64,000 bases of DNA from Eledone cirrhosa (lineage: Eukaryota), in contig OZ024742.1 of the NCBI GenBank assembly GCA_964016885.1, positions 9,300,001-9,364,000 of the forward strand, given 5' to 3'. This document shows, one piece after another, positions 27,001 through 42,000 of the stretch; positions within the stretch are counted from its first letter, which is position 1, and each line of letters begins with the position of its first letter. The position numbers and the translations under genes were made by a program. The notes under the pieces were generated by a model, which searched no databases, was not told the origin of the DNA, and worked only from the letters and a program-made list of their open reading frames with translations.

Positions 27001-30000
27001 GTGGAGATAGGAGAAAGACAGTAGTGGAGATAGGAGAGAGACAGTAGTGAAGATAGGAGAGAGACAGTAGTGGAGATAGAAGAGAGACAGTAGTGGAGAT
27101 AGAAGAGAGACAGTAGTGGAGATAGGAGAGAGACAGTAGTGGAGATAGAAGAGAGACAGTAGTGGAGATAGGAGAGAGACAGTAGTGGAGATAGAAGAGA
27201 GACAGTAGTGGAGATAGAAGAGAGACAGAAGTGGAGATAGGAGAGAGACAGTAGTGGAGATAGAAGAGAGACAGTAGTGGAGATAGGAGAGAGACAGTAG
27301 TGGAGATAGGAGAGAGACAGTAGTGAAGATAGGAGAGAGACAGTAGTGGAGATAGAAGAGAGACAGTAGTGGAGATAGAAGAGAGACAGTAGTGGAGATA
27401 GGAGAGAGACAGTAGTAGATATAGAAGAGAGACAGTAGTGGAGATAGAAGAGAGACAGTAGTGAAGATAGGAGAGAGAGAGTAGTGGAGATAGAAGAGAG
27501 ACAGTAGTGGAGATAGAAGAGAGACAGTAGTGGAGATAGGAGAGAGACAGTAGTGGAGATAGGAGAGAGACAGTAGTGGAGATAGGAGTGAGACAGTAGT
27601 GGAGATAGAAGAGAGACAGTAGTGGAGATAGAAGAGAGACAGTAGTGGAGATAGGAGAGAGACAGTAGTGGAGATAGGAGAGAGACAGTAGTGGAGATAG
27701 GAGAGAGACAGTAGTGGAGATAGAAGAGAGACAGTAGTGGAGATAGAAGAGAGACAGTAGTGGAGATAGGAGAGAGACAGTAGTGGAGATAGGAGAGAGA
27801 CAGTAGTGGAGATAGGAGAGAGACAGTAGTGGAGATAGGAGAGAGAGAGTAGTGGAGATAGAAGAGAGACAGTAGTGGAGATAGAAGAGAGACAGTAGTG
27901 GAGATAGGAGAGAGACAGTAGTGGTGATAGGAGAGAGAGAGTAGTGGAGATAGAAGAGAGACAGTAGTGGAGATAGAAGAGAGACAGTAGTGGAAATAGG
28001 AGAGAGACAGTAGTGGAGATAGAAGGGAGACAGTAGTGGAGATAGAAGAGAGACAGTAGTGGAGATAGGAGAGAGACAGTAGTGAAGATAGAAGTGAAGA
28101 TAGAAGAGAGACAGTAGTGGAGATAGAAGAGAGACAGTAGTGAAGATAGAAGTGAAGATAGAAGAGAGACAGTAGTGGAGATAGAAGTAAGAGACAGTAG
28201 TGGAGATAGAAGAGAGACAGTAGTGGAGATAGAATTGAGACAGTAGTGGAGATAGAAGAGAGACAGTAGTGGAGATAGGAGAGAGACAGTAGTGGAGATA
28301 GAAGAGAGACAGTAGTGGAGATAGGAGAGAGACAGTAGTGGAGATAGAAGAGAGACAGTAGTGGAGATAGGAGAGAGACAGTAGTGGAGATAGGAGAGAG
28401 ACAGTAGTGGAGATAGGAGAGAGACAGTAGTGGAGATAGAAGAGAGACAGTAGTGGAGATAGAAGAGAGACAGTAGTGGGGATAGGAGAGAGAGAGTAGT
28501 GGAGATAGAAGAGAGACAGTAGTGGAGATAGAAGAGAGACAGTAGTGGAGATAGGAGAGAGACAGTAGTGGTGATAGGAGAGAGAGAGTAGTGGAGATAG
28601 AAGAGAGACAGTAGTGGAGATAGAAGAGAGACAGTTGTGGAAATAGGAGAGAGACAGTAGTGGAGATAGAAGGGAGACAGTAGTGGAGATAGAAGAGAGA
28701 CAGTAGTGGAGATAGGAGAGAGACAATAGTGGAGATAGAAGAGAGACAGTAGTGGAGATAGGAGAAAGACAGTAGTGGAGATAGAAGAGAGACAGTAGTG
28801 GAGATAGAAGAGAGAGAGAGTAGTGGAGATAGAAGAGAGACAGTAGTGGAGATAGGATAGAGACAGTAGTGGAGATAGGAGAGAGACAGTAGTGGAGATA
28901 GGAGAGACAGTAGTGGAGATAGGAGAGAGACAACAGTGGAGATAGAAGAGAGACAGTAGTGGAGATAGAAGAGAGACAGTAGTGGAGATAGGAGAGACAG
29001 GGTAGTGGAGATAGAAGAGAGACAGTAGTGAAGATAGAAGTGAAGATAGAAGAGAGACAGTAGTGGAGATAGAAGTAAGAGACAGTAGTGGAGATAGAAG
29101 AGAGACAGTAGTGGAGATAGAATTGAGACAGTAGTGGAGATAGAAGAGAGACAGTAGTGGAGGTAGGAGAGAGACAGTAGTGGAGATAGAAGAGAGACAG
29201 TAGTGGAGATAGGAGAGAGACAGTAGTGGAGATAGGAGAGAGACAGTAGTGGAGATAGAATTGAGACAGTAGTGGGGATAGGAGAGAGAGAGTAGTGGAG
29301 AGAGAAGAGAGACAGTAGTGGAGATAGAATAGAGACAGTAGTGGAGATAGGAGAGAGACAGTAGTGGTGATAGGAGAGAGAGAGTAGTGGAGATAGAAGA
29401 GAGACAGTAGTGGAGATAGAAGAGAGACAGTAGTGGAAATAGGAGAGAGACAGTAGTGGAGATAGAAGGGAGACAGTAGTGGAGATAGAAGAGAGACAGT
29501 AGTGGAGATAGGAGAGAGACAATAGTAGAGATAGAAGAGAGACAGTAGTGGAGATAGGAGAGAGACAGTAGTGGAGATAGAAGAGAGACAGTAGTGGAGA
29601 TAGAAGAGAGAGAGAGTAGTGGAGATAGAAGAGAGACAGTAGTGGAGATAGAAGGGAGACAGTAGTGGAGATAGAAGAGAGACAGTAGTGGAGATAGGAG
29701 AGAGACAGTAGTGAAGATAGAAGTGAAGATAGAAGAGAGACAGTAGTGGAGATAGAAGAGAGACAGTAGTGAAGATAGAAGTGAAGATAGAAGAGAGACA
29801 GTAGTGGAGATAGAAGTAAGAGACAGTAGTGGAGATAGAAGAGAGACAGTAGTGGAGATAGAATTGAGACAGTAGTGGAGATAGAAGAGAGACAGTAGTG
29901 GAGATAGGAGAGAGACAGTAGTGGAGATAGAAGAGAGACAGTAGTGGAGATAGGAGAGAGACAGTAGTGGAGATAGAAGAGAGACAGTAGTGGAGATAGG

Positions 30001-33000
30001 AGAGAGACAGTAGTGGAGATAGAAGAGAGACAGTAGTGGAGATAGAAGAGAGACAGAAGTGGAGATAGGAGAGAGACAGTAGTGGAGATAGAAGAGAGAC
30101 AGTAGTGGAGATAGGAGAGAGACAGTAGTGGAGATAGGAGAGAGACAGTAGTGAAGATAGGAGAGAGACAGTAGTGGAGATAGAAGAGAGACAGTAGTGG
30201 AGATAGAAGAGAGACAGTAGTGGAGATAGGAGAGAGACAGTAGTAGATATAGAAGAGAGACAGTAGTGGAGATAGAAGAGAGACAGTAGTGAAGATAGGA
30301 GAGAGACAGTAGTGGAGATAGAAGAGAGACAGTAGTGGAGATAGCAGAGAGACAGTAGTGGAGATAGGAGAGAGACAGTAGTGGAGATAGGAGAGAGACA
30401 GTAGTGGAGATAGGAGTGAGACAGTAGTGGAGATAGAAGAGAGACAGTAGTGGAGATAGAAGAGAGACAGTAGTGGAGATAGGAGAGAGACAGTAGTGGA
30501 GATAGGAGAGAGACAGTAGTGGAGATAGGAGAGAGACAGTAGTGGAGATAGAAGAGAGACAGTAGTGGAGATAGAAGAGAGACAGTAGTGGAGATAGGAG
30601 AGAGACAGTAGTGGAGATAGGAGAGAGACAGTAGTGGAGATAGGAGAGAGACAGTAGTGGAGATAGGAGAGAGACAGTAGTGGAGATAGAAGAGAGACAG
30701 TAGTGGAGATAGAAGAGAGACAGTTGTGGGGATAGGAGAGAGAGAGTAGTGGAGATAGAAGAGAGACAGTAGTGGAGATAGAAGAGAGACAGTAGTGGAG
30801 ATAGGAGAGAGACAGTAGTGGTGATAGGAGAGAGAGAGTAGTGGAGATAGAAGAGAGACAGTAGTGGAGATAGAAGAGAGACAGTTGTGGAAATAGGAGA
30901 GAGACAGTAGTGGAGATAGAAGGGAGACAGTAGTGGAGATAGAAGAGAGACAGTAGTGGAGATAGGAGAGAGACAATAGTGGAGATAGAAGAGAGACAGT
31001 AGTGGAGATAGGAGAAAGACAGTAGTGGAGATAGGAGAGAGACAGTAGTGAAGATAGGAGAGAGACAGTAGTGGAGATAGAAGAGAGACAGTAGTGGAGA
31101 TAGAAGAGAGACAGTAGTGGAGATAGGAGAGAGACAGTAGTGGAGATAGAAGAGAGACAGTAGTGGAGATAGGAGAGAGACAGTAGTGGAGATAGAAGAG
31201 AGACAGTAGTGGAGATAGAAGAGAGACAGAAGTGGAGATAGGAGAGAGACAGTAGTGGAGATAGAAGAGAGACAGTAGTGGAGATAGGAGAGAGACAGTA
31301 GTGGAGATAGGAGAGAGACAGTAGTGAAGATAGGAGAGAGACAGTAGTGGAGATAGAAGAGAGACAGTAGTGGAGATAGAAGAGAGACAGTAGTGGAGAT
31401 AGGAGAGAGACAGTAGTAGATATAGAAGAGAGACAGTAGTGGAGATAGAAGAGAGACAGTAGTGAAGATAGGAGAGAGAGAGTAGTGGAGATAGAAGAGA
31501 GACAGTAGTGGAGATAGAAGAGAGACAGTAGTGGAGATAGGAGAGAGACAGTAGTGGAGATAGGAGAGAGACAGTAGTGGAGATAGGAGTGAGACAGTAG
31601 TGGAGATAGAAGAGAGACAGTAGTGGAGATAGAAGAGAGACAGTAGTGGAGATAGGAGAGAGACAGTAGTGGAGATAGGAGAGAGACAGTAGTGGAGATA
31701 GGAGAGAGACAGTAGTGGAGATAGAAGAGAGACAGTAGTGGAGATAGAAGAGAGACAGTAGTGGAGATAGGAGAGAGACAGTAGTGGAGATAGGAGAGAG
31801 ACAGTAGTGGAGATAGGAGAGAGACAGTAGTGGAGATAGGAGAGAGAGAGTAGTGGAGATAGAAGAGAGACAGTAGTGGAGATAGAAGAGAGACAGTAGT
31901 GGAGATAGGAGAGAGACAGTAGTGGTGATAGGAGAGAGAGAGTAGTGGAGATAGAAGAGAGACAGTAGTGGAGATAGAAGAGAGACAGTAGTGGAAATAG
32001 GAGAAAGACAGTAGTGGAGATAGAAGGGAGACAGTAGTGGAGATAGAAGAGAGACAGTAGTGGAGATAGGAGAGAGACAGTAGTGAAGATAGAAGTGAAG
32101 ATAGAAGAGAGACAGTAGTGGAGATAGAAGAGAGACAGTAGTGAAGATAGAAGTGAAGATAGAAGAGAGACAGTAGTGGAGATAGAAGTAAGAGACAGTA
32201 GTGGAGATAGAAGAGAGACAGTAGTGGAGATAGAATTGAGACAGTAGTGGAGATAGAAGAGAGACAGTAGTGGAGATAGGAGAGAGACAGTAGTGGAGAT
32301 AGAAGAGAGACAGTAGTGGAGATAGGAGAGAGACAGTAGTGGAGATAGAAGAGAGACAGTAGTGGAGATAGGAGAGAGACAGTAGTAGATATAGAAGAGA
32401 GGCAGTAGTGGAGATAGAAGAGAGACAGTAGTGAAGATAGGAGAGAGACAGTAGTGGAGATAGAAGAGAGACAGTAGTGGAGATAGCAGAGAGACAGTAG
32501 TGGAGATAGGAGAGAGACAGTAGTGGAGATAGGAGAGAGACAGTAGTGGAGATAGGAGTGAGACAGTAGTGGAGATAGAAGAGAGACAGTAGTGGAGATA
32601 GAAGAGAGACAGTAGTGGAGATAGGAGAGAGACAGTAGTGGAGATAGGAGAGAGACAGTAGTGGAGATAGGAGAGAGACAGTAGTGGAGATAGAAGAGAG
32701 ACAGTAGTGGAGATAGAAGAGAGACAGTAGTGGAGATAGGAGAGAGACAGTAGTGGAGATAGGAGAGAGACAGTAGTGGAGATAGGAGAGAGACAGTAGT
32801 GGAGATAGGAGAGAGACAGTAGTGGAGATAGAAGAGAGACAGTAGTGGAGATAGAAGAGAGACAGTAGTGGGGATAGGAGAGAGAGAGTAGTGGAGATAG
32901 AAGAGAGACAGTAGTGGAGATAGAAGAGAGACAGTAGTGGAGATAGGAGAGAGACAGTAGTGGTGATAGGAGAGAGAGAGTAGTGGAGATAGAAGAGAGA

Positions 33001-36000
33001 CAGTAGTGGAGATAGAAGAGAGACAGTTGTGGAAATAGGAGAGAGACAGTAGTGGAGATAGAAGGGAGACAGTAGTGGAGATAGAAGAGAGACAGTAGTG
33101 GAGATAGGAGAGAGACAATAGTGGAGATAGAAGAGAGACAGTAGTGGAGATAGGAGAAAGACAGTAGTGGAGATAGAAGAGAGACAGTAGTGGAGATAGA
33201 AGAGAGAGAGAGTAGTGGAGATAGAAGAGAGACAGTAGTGGAGATAGGATAGAGACAGTAGTGGAGATAGGAGAGAGACAGTAGTGGAGATAGGAGAGAC
33301 AGTAGTGGAGATAGGAGAGAGACAACAGTGGAGATAGAAGAGAGACAGTAGTGGAGATAGAAGAGAGACAGTAGTGGAGATAGGAGAGACAGGGTAGTGG
33401 AGATAGAAGAGAGACAGTAGTGAAGATAGAAGTGAAGATAGAAGAGAGACAGTAGTGGAGATAGAAGTAAGAGACAGTAGTGGAGATAGAAGAGAGACAG
33501 TAGTGGAGATAGAATTGAGACAGTAGTGGAGATAGAAGAGAGACAGTAGTGGAGATAGGAGAGAGACAGTAGTGGAGATAGAAGAGAGACAGTAGTGGAG
33601 ATAGGAGAGAGACAGTAGTGGAGATAGGAGAGAGACAGTAGTGGAGATAGAATTGAGACAGTAGTGGGGATAGGAGAGAGAGAGTAGTGGAGAGAGAAGA
33701 GAGACAGTAGTGGAGATAGAATAGAGACAGTAGTGGAGATAGGAGAGAGACAGTAGTGGTGATAGGAGAGAGAGAGTAGTGGAGATAGAAGAGAGACAGT
33801 AGTGGAGATAGAAGAGAGACAGTAGTGGAAATAGGAGAGAGACAGTAGTGGAGATAGAAGGGAGACAGTAGTGGAGATAGAAGAGAGACAGTAGTGGAGA
33901 TAGGAGAGAGACAATAGTAGAGATAGAAGAGAGACAGTAGTGGAGATAGGAGAGAGACAGTAGTGGAGATAGAAGAGAGACAGTAGTGGAGATAGAAGAG
34001 AGAGAGAGTAGTGGAGATAGAAGAGAGACAGTAGTGGAGATAGAAGGGAGACAGTAGTGGAGATAGAAGAGAGACAGTAGTGGAGATAGGAGAGAGACAG
34101 TAGTGAAGATAGAAGTGAAGATAGAAGAGAGACAGTAGTGGAGATAGAAGAGAGACAGTAGTGAAGATAGAAGTGAAGATAGAAGAGAGACAGTAGTGGA
34201 GATAGAAGTAAGAGACTGTAGTGGAGATAGAAGAGAGACAGTAGTGGAGATAGAATTGAGACAGTAGTGGAGATAGAAGAGAGACAGTAGTGGAGATAGG
34301 AGAGAGACAGTAGTGGAGATAGAAGAGAGACAGTAGTGGAGATAGGAGAGAGACAGTAGTGGAGATAGAAGAGAGACAGTAGTGGAGATAGGAGAGAGAC
34401 AGTAGTGGAGATAGAAGAGAGACAGTAGTGGAGATAGAAGAGAGACAGAAGTGGAGATAGGAGAGAGACAGTAGTGGAGATAGAAGAGAGACAGTAGTGG
34501 AGATAGGAGAGAGACAGTAGTGGAGATAGGAGAGAGACAGTAGTGAAGATAGGAGAGAGACAGTAGTGGAGATAGAAGAGAGACAGTAGTGGAGATAGAA
34601 GAGAGACAGTAGTGGAGATAGGAGAGAGACAGTATTAGATATAGAAGAGAGACAGTAGTGGAGATAGAAGAGAGACAGTAGTGAAGATAGGAGAGAGACA
34701 GTAGTGGAGATAGAAGAGAGACAGTAGTGGAGATAGCAGAGAGACAGTAGTGGAGATAGGAGAGAGACAGTAGTGGAGATAGGAGAGAGACAGTAGTGGA
34801 GATAGGAGTGAGACAGTAGTGGAGATAGAAGAGAGACAGTAGTGGAGATAGAAGAGAGACAGTAGTGGAGATAGGAGAGAGACAGTAGTGGAGATAGGAG
34901 AGAGACAGTAGTGGAGATAGGAGAGAGACAGTAGTGGAGATAGAAGAGAGACAGTAGTGGAGATAGAAGAGAGACAGTAGTGGAGATAGGAGAGAGACAG
35001 TAGTGGAGATAGGAGAGAGACAGTAGTGGAGATAGGAGAGAGACAGTAGTGGAGATAGGAGAGAGACAGTAGTGGAGATAGAAGAGAGACAGTAGTGGAG
35101 ATAGAAGAGAGACAGTAGTGGGGATAGGAGAGAGAGAGTAGTGGAGATAGAAGAGAGACAGTAGTGGAGATAGAAGAGAGACAGTAGTGGAGATAGGAGA
35201 GAGACAGTAGTGGTGATAGGAGAGAGAGAGTAGTGGAGATAGAAGAGAGACAGTAGTGGAGATAGAAGAGAGACAGTAGTGGAGATAGGAGAGAGACAAT
35301 AGTGGAGATAGAAGAGAGACAGTAGTGGAGATAGGAGAAAGACAGTAGTGGAGATAGAAGAGAGACAGTAGTGGAGATAGAAGAGAGAGAGAGTAGTGGA
35401 GATAGAAGAGAGACAGTAGTGGAGATAGGAGAGAGAGAGTAGTGGAGATAGGAGAGAGACAGTAGTGGAGATAGGAGAGAGACAGTAGTGGAGATAGGAG
35501 AGACAGTAGTGGAGATAGGAGAGAGACAACAGTGGAGATAGAAGAGAGACAGTAGTGGAGATAGAAGAGAGACAGTAGTGGAGATAGGAGAGACAGGGTA
35601 GTGGAGATAGAAGAGAGACAGTAGTGGAGATAGGAGAAAGACAGTAGTGGAGATAGAAGAGAGACAGTAGTGGAGATAGAAGAGAGAGAGAGTAGTGGAG
35701 ATAGAAGAGAGACAGTAGTGGAGATAGGATAGAGACAGTAGTGGAGATAGGAGAGAGACAGTAGTGGAGATAGGAGAGACAGTAGTGGAGATAGGAGAGA
35801 GACAACAGTGGAGATAGAAGAGAGACAGTAGTGGAGATAGAAGAGAGACAGTAGTGGAGATAGGAGAGACAGGGTAGTGGAGATAGAAGAGAGACAGTAG
35901 TGAAGATAGAAGTGAAGATAGAAGAGAGACAGTAGTGGAGATAGAAGTAAGAGACAGTAGTGGAGATAGAAGAGAGACAGTAGTGGACATAGAATTGAGA

Positions 36001-39000
36001 CAGTAGTGGAGATAGAAGAGAGACAGTAGTGGAGATAGGAGAGAGACAGTAGTGGAGATAGAAGAGAGACAGTAGTGGAGATAGGAGAGAGACAGTAGTG
36101 GAGATAGGAGAGAGACAGTAGTGGAGATAGAATTGAGACAGTAGTGGGGATAGGAGAGAGAGAGTAGTGGAGAGAGAAGAGAGACAGTAGTGGAGATAGA
36201 ATAGAGACAGTAGTGGAGATAGGAGAGAGACAGTAGTGGTGATAGGAGAGAGAGAGTAGTGGAGATAGAAGAGAGACAGTAGTGGAGATAGAAGAGAGAC
36301 AGTAGTGGAAATAGGAGAGAGACAGTAGTGGAGATAGAAGGGAGACAGTAGTGGAGATAGAAGAGAGACAGTAGTGGAGATAGGAGAGAGACAATAGTAG
36401 AGATAGAAGAGAGACAGTAGTGGAGATAGGAGAGAGACAGTAGTGGAGATAGAAGAGAGACAGTAGTGGAGATAGAAGAGAGAGAGAGTAGTGGAGATAG
36501 AAGAGAGACAGTAGTGGAGATAGAAGGGAGACAGTAGTGGAGATAGAAGAGAGACAGTAGTGGAGATAGGAGAGAGACAGTAGTGAAGATAGAAGTGAAG
36601 ATAGAAGAGAGACAGTAGTGGAGATAGAAGAGAGACAGTAGTGAAGATAGAAGTGAAGATAGAAGAGAGACAGTAGTGGAGATAGAAGTAAGAGACTGTA
36701 GTGGAGATAGAAGAGAGACAGTAGTGGAGATAGAATTGAGACAGTAGTGGAGATAGAAGAGAGACAGTAGTGGAGATAGGAGAGAGACAGTAGTGGAGAT
36801 AGAAGAGAGACAGTAGTGGAGATAGGAGAGAGACAGTAGTGGAGATAGAAGAGAGACAGTAGTGGAGATAGGAGAGAGACAGTAGTGGAGATAGAAGAGA
36901 GACAGTAGTGGAGATAGAAGAGAGACAGAAGTGGAGATAGGAGAGAGACAGTAGTGGAGATAGAAGAGAGACAGTAGTGGAGATAGGAGAGAGACAGTAG
37001 TGGAGATAGGAGAGAGACAGTAGTGAAGATAGGAGAGAGACAGTAGTGGAGATAGAAGAGAGACAGTAGTGGAGATAGAAGAGAGACAGTAGTGGAGATA
37101 GGAGAGAGACAGTATTAGATATAGAAGAGAGACAGTAGTGGAGATAGAAGAGAGACAGTAGTGAAGATAGGAGAGAGACAGTAGTGGAGATAGAAGAGAG
37201 ACAGTAGTGGAGATAGCAGAGAGACAGTAGTGGAGATAGGAGAGAGACAGTAGTGGAGATAGGAGAGAGACAGTAGTGGAGATAGGAGTGAGACAGTAGT
37301 GGAGATAGAAGAGAGACAGTAGTGGAGATAGAAGAGAGACAGTAGTGGAGATAGGAGAGAGACAGTAGTGGAGATAGGAGAGAGACAGTAGTGGAGATAG
37401 GAGAGAGACAGTAGTGGAGATAGAAGAGAGACAGTAGTGGAGATAGAAGAGAGACAGTAGTGGAGATAGGAGAGAGACAGTAGTGGAGATAGGAGAGAGA
37501 CAGTAGTGGAGATAGGAGAGAGACAGTAGTGGAGATAGGAGAGAGACAGTAGTGGAGATAGAAGAGAGACAGTAGTGGAGATAGAAGAGAGACAGTAGTG
37601 GGGATAGGAGAGAGAGAGTAGTGGAGATAGAAGAGAGACAGTAGTGGAGATAGAAGAGAGACAGTAGTGGAGATAGGAGAGAGACAGTAGTGGTGATAGG
37701 AGAGAGAGAGTAGTGGAGATAGAAGAGAGACAGTAGTGGAGATAGAAGAGAGACAGTAGTGGAGATAGGAGAGAGACAATAGTGGAGATAGAAGAGAGAC
37801 AGTAGTGGAGATAGGAGAAAGACAGTAGTGGAGATAGAAGAGAGACAGTAGTGGAGATAGAAGAGAGAGAGAGTAGTGGAGATAGAAGAGAGACAGTAGT
37901 GGAGATAGGAGAGAGAGAGTAGTGGAGATAGGAGAGAGACAGTAGTGGAGATAGGAGAGAGACAGTAGTGGAGATAGGAGAGACAGTAGTGGAGATAGGA
38001 GAGAGACAACAGTGGAGATAGAAGAGAGACAGTAGTGGAGATAGAAGAGAGACAGTAGTGGAGATAGGAGAGACAGGGTAGTGGAGATAGAAGAGAGACA
38101 GTAGTGAAGATAGAAGTGAAGATAGAAGAGAGACAGTAGTGGAGATAGAAGTAAGAGACAGTAGTGGAGATAGAAGAGAGACAGTAGTGGAGATAGAATT
38201 GAGACAGTAGTGGAGATAGAAGAGAGACAGTAGTGGAGATAGGAGAGAGACAGTAGTGGAGATAGAAGAGAGACAGTAGTGGAGATAGGAGAGAGACAGT
38301 AGTGGAGATAGGAGAGAGACAGTAGTGGAGATAGAATTGAGACAGTAGTGGGGATAGGAGAGAGAGAGTAGTGGAGATAGAAGAGAGACAGTAGTGGAGA
38401 TAGAATAGAGACAGTAGTGGAGATAGGAGAGAGACAGTAGTGGTGATAGGAGAGAGAGAGTAGTGGAGATAGAAGAGAGACAGTAGTGGAGATAGAAGAG
38501 AGACAGTAGTGGAAATAGGAGAGAGACAGTAGTGGAGATAGAAGGGAGACAGTAGTGGAGATAGAAGAGAGACAGTAGTGGAGATAGGAGAGAGACAATA
38601 GTGGAGATAGAAGAGAGACAGTAGTGGAGATAGGAGAGAGACAGTAGTGGAGATAGAAGAGAGACAGTAGTGGAGATAGAAGAGAGAGAGAGAGTAGTGG
38701 AGATAGAAGAGAGACAGTAGTGGAGATAGGAGAGAGACAGTAGTGGAGAAGGAGAGAGACAGTAGTGGAGATAGGAGAGACAGTAGTGGAGATAGGAGAG
38801 AGACAATAGTGGAGATAGAAGAGAGACAGTAGTGGAGATAGAAGAGAGACAGTAGTGGAGATAGGAGAGACAGGGTAGTGGGGATAGAAGAGAGACAGTA
38901 GTGAAGATAGAAGTGAAGATAGAAGTGAGACAGTAGTGGAGATAGAAGTAAGAGACAGTAGTGGAGATAGAAGAGAGACAGTAGTGGAGATAGAATTGAG

Positions 39001-42000
39001 ACAGTAGTGGAGATAGAAGAGAGACAGTAGTGGAGATAGGAGAGAGACAGTAGTGGAGATAGAAGAGAGACAGTAGTGGAGATAGGAGAGAGACAGTAGT
39101 GGAGATAGGAGAGAGACAGTAGTGGATATAGAATTGAGACAGTAGTGGAGATAGAAGAGAGACAGTACTGGAGATAGAAGGGAGACAGTAGTGGAGATAG
39201 GAGAGAGACAGTAGTGGAGATAGAAGAGAGACAGTAGTGGAGATAGGAGAGAGACAGTAGTGGAGATAGAAGAGAGACAGTAGTGGAGATAGGAGAGAGA
39301 CAGTAGTGGAGATAGGAGAGAGACAGTAGTGGTGATATAAGAGAGACAGAAGTGGAGATAGGAGAGAGACAGTAGTGGAGATAGAAGAGAGACAGTAGTG
39401 GAGATAGGAGAGAGACTGTAGAGGAGATAGAAGAGAGACAGTATTGGAGATAGAAGAGAGACAGTAGTGGAGATAGAAGAGAGACAGTAGTGGAGATAGG
39501 AGAGAGACAGTAGTGGAGATAGGAAAGAGACAGTAGTGGAGATAGGAGAGAGACAGTAGTGGAGATAGGAGAGAGACAGTAGAGGAGATAGAAGAGAGAC
39601 AGTAGTGGAGATAGGAGAGAGACTGTAGTGGAGATAGATCAGAGACAGTAGTGGAGATAGGAGAGAGACAGTAGTGGAGATAGAAGTGAGACAGTAGAGG
39701 AGATAGGAGAGAGGCAGTAGTGGAGATAGAAGAGAGACAGTAGTGGAGATAGGAGAGAGACAGTAGAGGAGATAGAAGAGAGACAGTAGTGGAGATAGAA
39801 GGGAGACAGTAGTGGAGATAGAAGTGAGACAGTAGAGGAGATAGGAGAGAGGCAGTAGTGGAGATAGAAGAGAGACAGTAGTGGAGATAGGAGAGAGACA
39901 GTAGAGGAGATAGAAGAGAGACAGTAGTGGAGATAGAAGTGAGACAGTAGAGGAGATAGGAGAGAGGCAGTAATGGAGATAGAAGAGAGACAGTAGTGGA
40001 GATAGGAGAGAGACAGTAGAGGAGATAGGAGAGAGGCAGTAGTGGAGATAGAAGAGAGACAGTAGTGGAGATAGGAGAGAGACAGTAGAGGAGATAGAAG
40101 AGAGACAGTAGTGGAGATAGAAGGGAGACAGTAGTGGAGATAGAAGAGAGACAGTAGTGGAGATAGAAGAGAGACAGTAGTGGAGATAGAAGTGAGACAG
40201 TAGAGGAGATAGGAGTGAGGCAGTAGTGGAGATAGAAGAGAGACAGTAGTGGAGATAGGAGAGAGACAGTAGAGGAGATAGAAGAGAGACAGTAGTGGAG
40301 ATAGAAGGGAGACAGTAGTGGAGATAGAAGAGAGACAGTAGTGGAGATAGAAGAGAGACAGTAGTGGAGATAGAAGGGAGACAGTAGTGGAGATAGAAGG
40401 GAGACAGTAGTGGAGATAGAAGAGAGACAGTAGTGGAGATAGGAGAGAGACAGTAGTGGAGATAGGAGAGAGACAGTAGTGGAGATAGGAGAGAGACAGT
40501 TGAGGAGATAGAAGAGAGACAGTAGTGGAGATAGGAGAGAGACAGTAGTGGAGATAGATGAGAGACAGTAGTGGAGATAGAAGAGAGACAGTAGTGGAGA
40601 TAGGAGAGAGACAGTAGTGGAGATAGGAGAGAGACAGTAGTGGAGATAGGAGAGAGACAGTAGTGGAGATAGAATTGAGACAGTAGTGGAGATAGAAGAG
40701 AGACAGTAGTGGAGAGAGGAGAGAGACAGTAGTGGAGATAGAAGAGAGACAGTAGTGGAGATAGGAGAGAGACAGTAGTGGAGATAGGAGAGAGACAGTA
40801 GTGGAGATAGAATTGAGACAGTAGTGGGGATAGGAGAGAGAGAGTAGTGGAGATAGAAGAGAGACAGTAGTGGAGATAGAATAGAGACAGTAGTGGAGAT
40901 AGGAGAGAGACAGTAGTGGTGATAGGAGAGAGAGAGTAGTGGAGATAGAAGAGAGACAGTAGTGGAGATAGAAGAGAGACAGTAGTGGAAATAGGAGAGA
41001 GACAGTAGTGGAGATAGAAGGGAGACAGTAGTGGAGATAGAAGAGAGACAGTAGTGGAGATAGGAGAGAGACAATAGTGGAGATAGAAGAGAGACAGTAG
41101 TGGAGATAGGAGAGAGACAGTAGTGGAGATAGAAGAGAGACAGTAGTGGAGATAGAAGAGAGAGAGAGTAGTGGAGATAGAAGAGAGACAGTAGTGGAGA
41201 TAGGAGAGAGACAGTAGTGGAGAAGGAGAGAGACAGTAGTGGAGATAGGAGAGACAGTAGTGGAGATAGGAGAGAGACAATAGTGGAGATAGAAGAGAGA
41301 CAGTAGTGGAGATAGAAGAGAGACAGTAGTGGAGATAGGAGAGACAGGGTAGTGGGGATAGAAGAGAGACAGTAGTGAAGATAGAAGTGAAGATAGAAGT
41401 GAGACAGTAGTGGAGATAGAAGTAAGAGACAGTAGTGGAGATAGAAGAGAGACAGTAGTGGAGATAGAATTGAGACAGTAGTGGAGATAGAAGAGAGACA
41501 GTAGTGGAGATAGGAGAGAGACAGTAGTGGAGATAGAAGAGAGACAGTAGTGGAGATAGGAGAGAGACAGTAGTGGAGATAGGAGAGAGACAGTAGTGGA
41601 GATAGAATTGAGACAGTAGTGGAGATAGAAGAGAGACAGTACTGGAGATAGAAGGGAGACAGTAGTGGAGATAGGAGAGAGACAGTAGTGGAGATAGGAG
41701 AGAGACAGTAGTGGAGATAGAAGAGAGACAGTAGTGGAGATAGGAGAGAGACAGTAGTGGAGATAGGAGAGAGACAGTAGTGGTGATATAAGAGAGACAG
41801 AAGTGGAGATAGGAGAGAGACAGTAGTGGTGATATAAGAGAGACAGTATTGGAGATAGAAGAGAGACAGTAGTGGAGATAGAAGAGAGACAGTAGTGGAG
41901 ATAGGAGAGAGACAGTAGTGGTGATATAAGAGAGACAGTATTGGAGATAGAAGAGAGACAGTAGTGGAGATAGAAGAGAGACAGTAGTGGAGATAGGAGA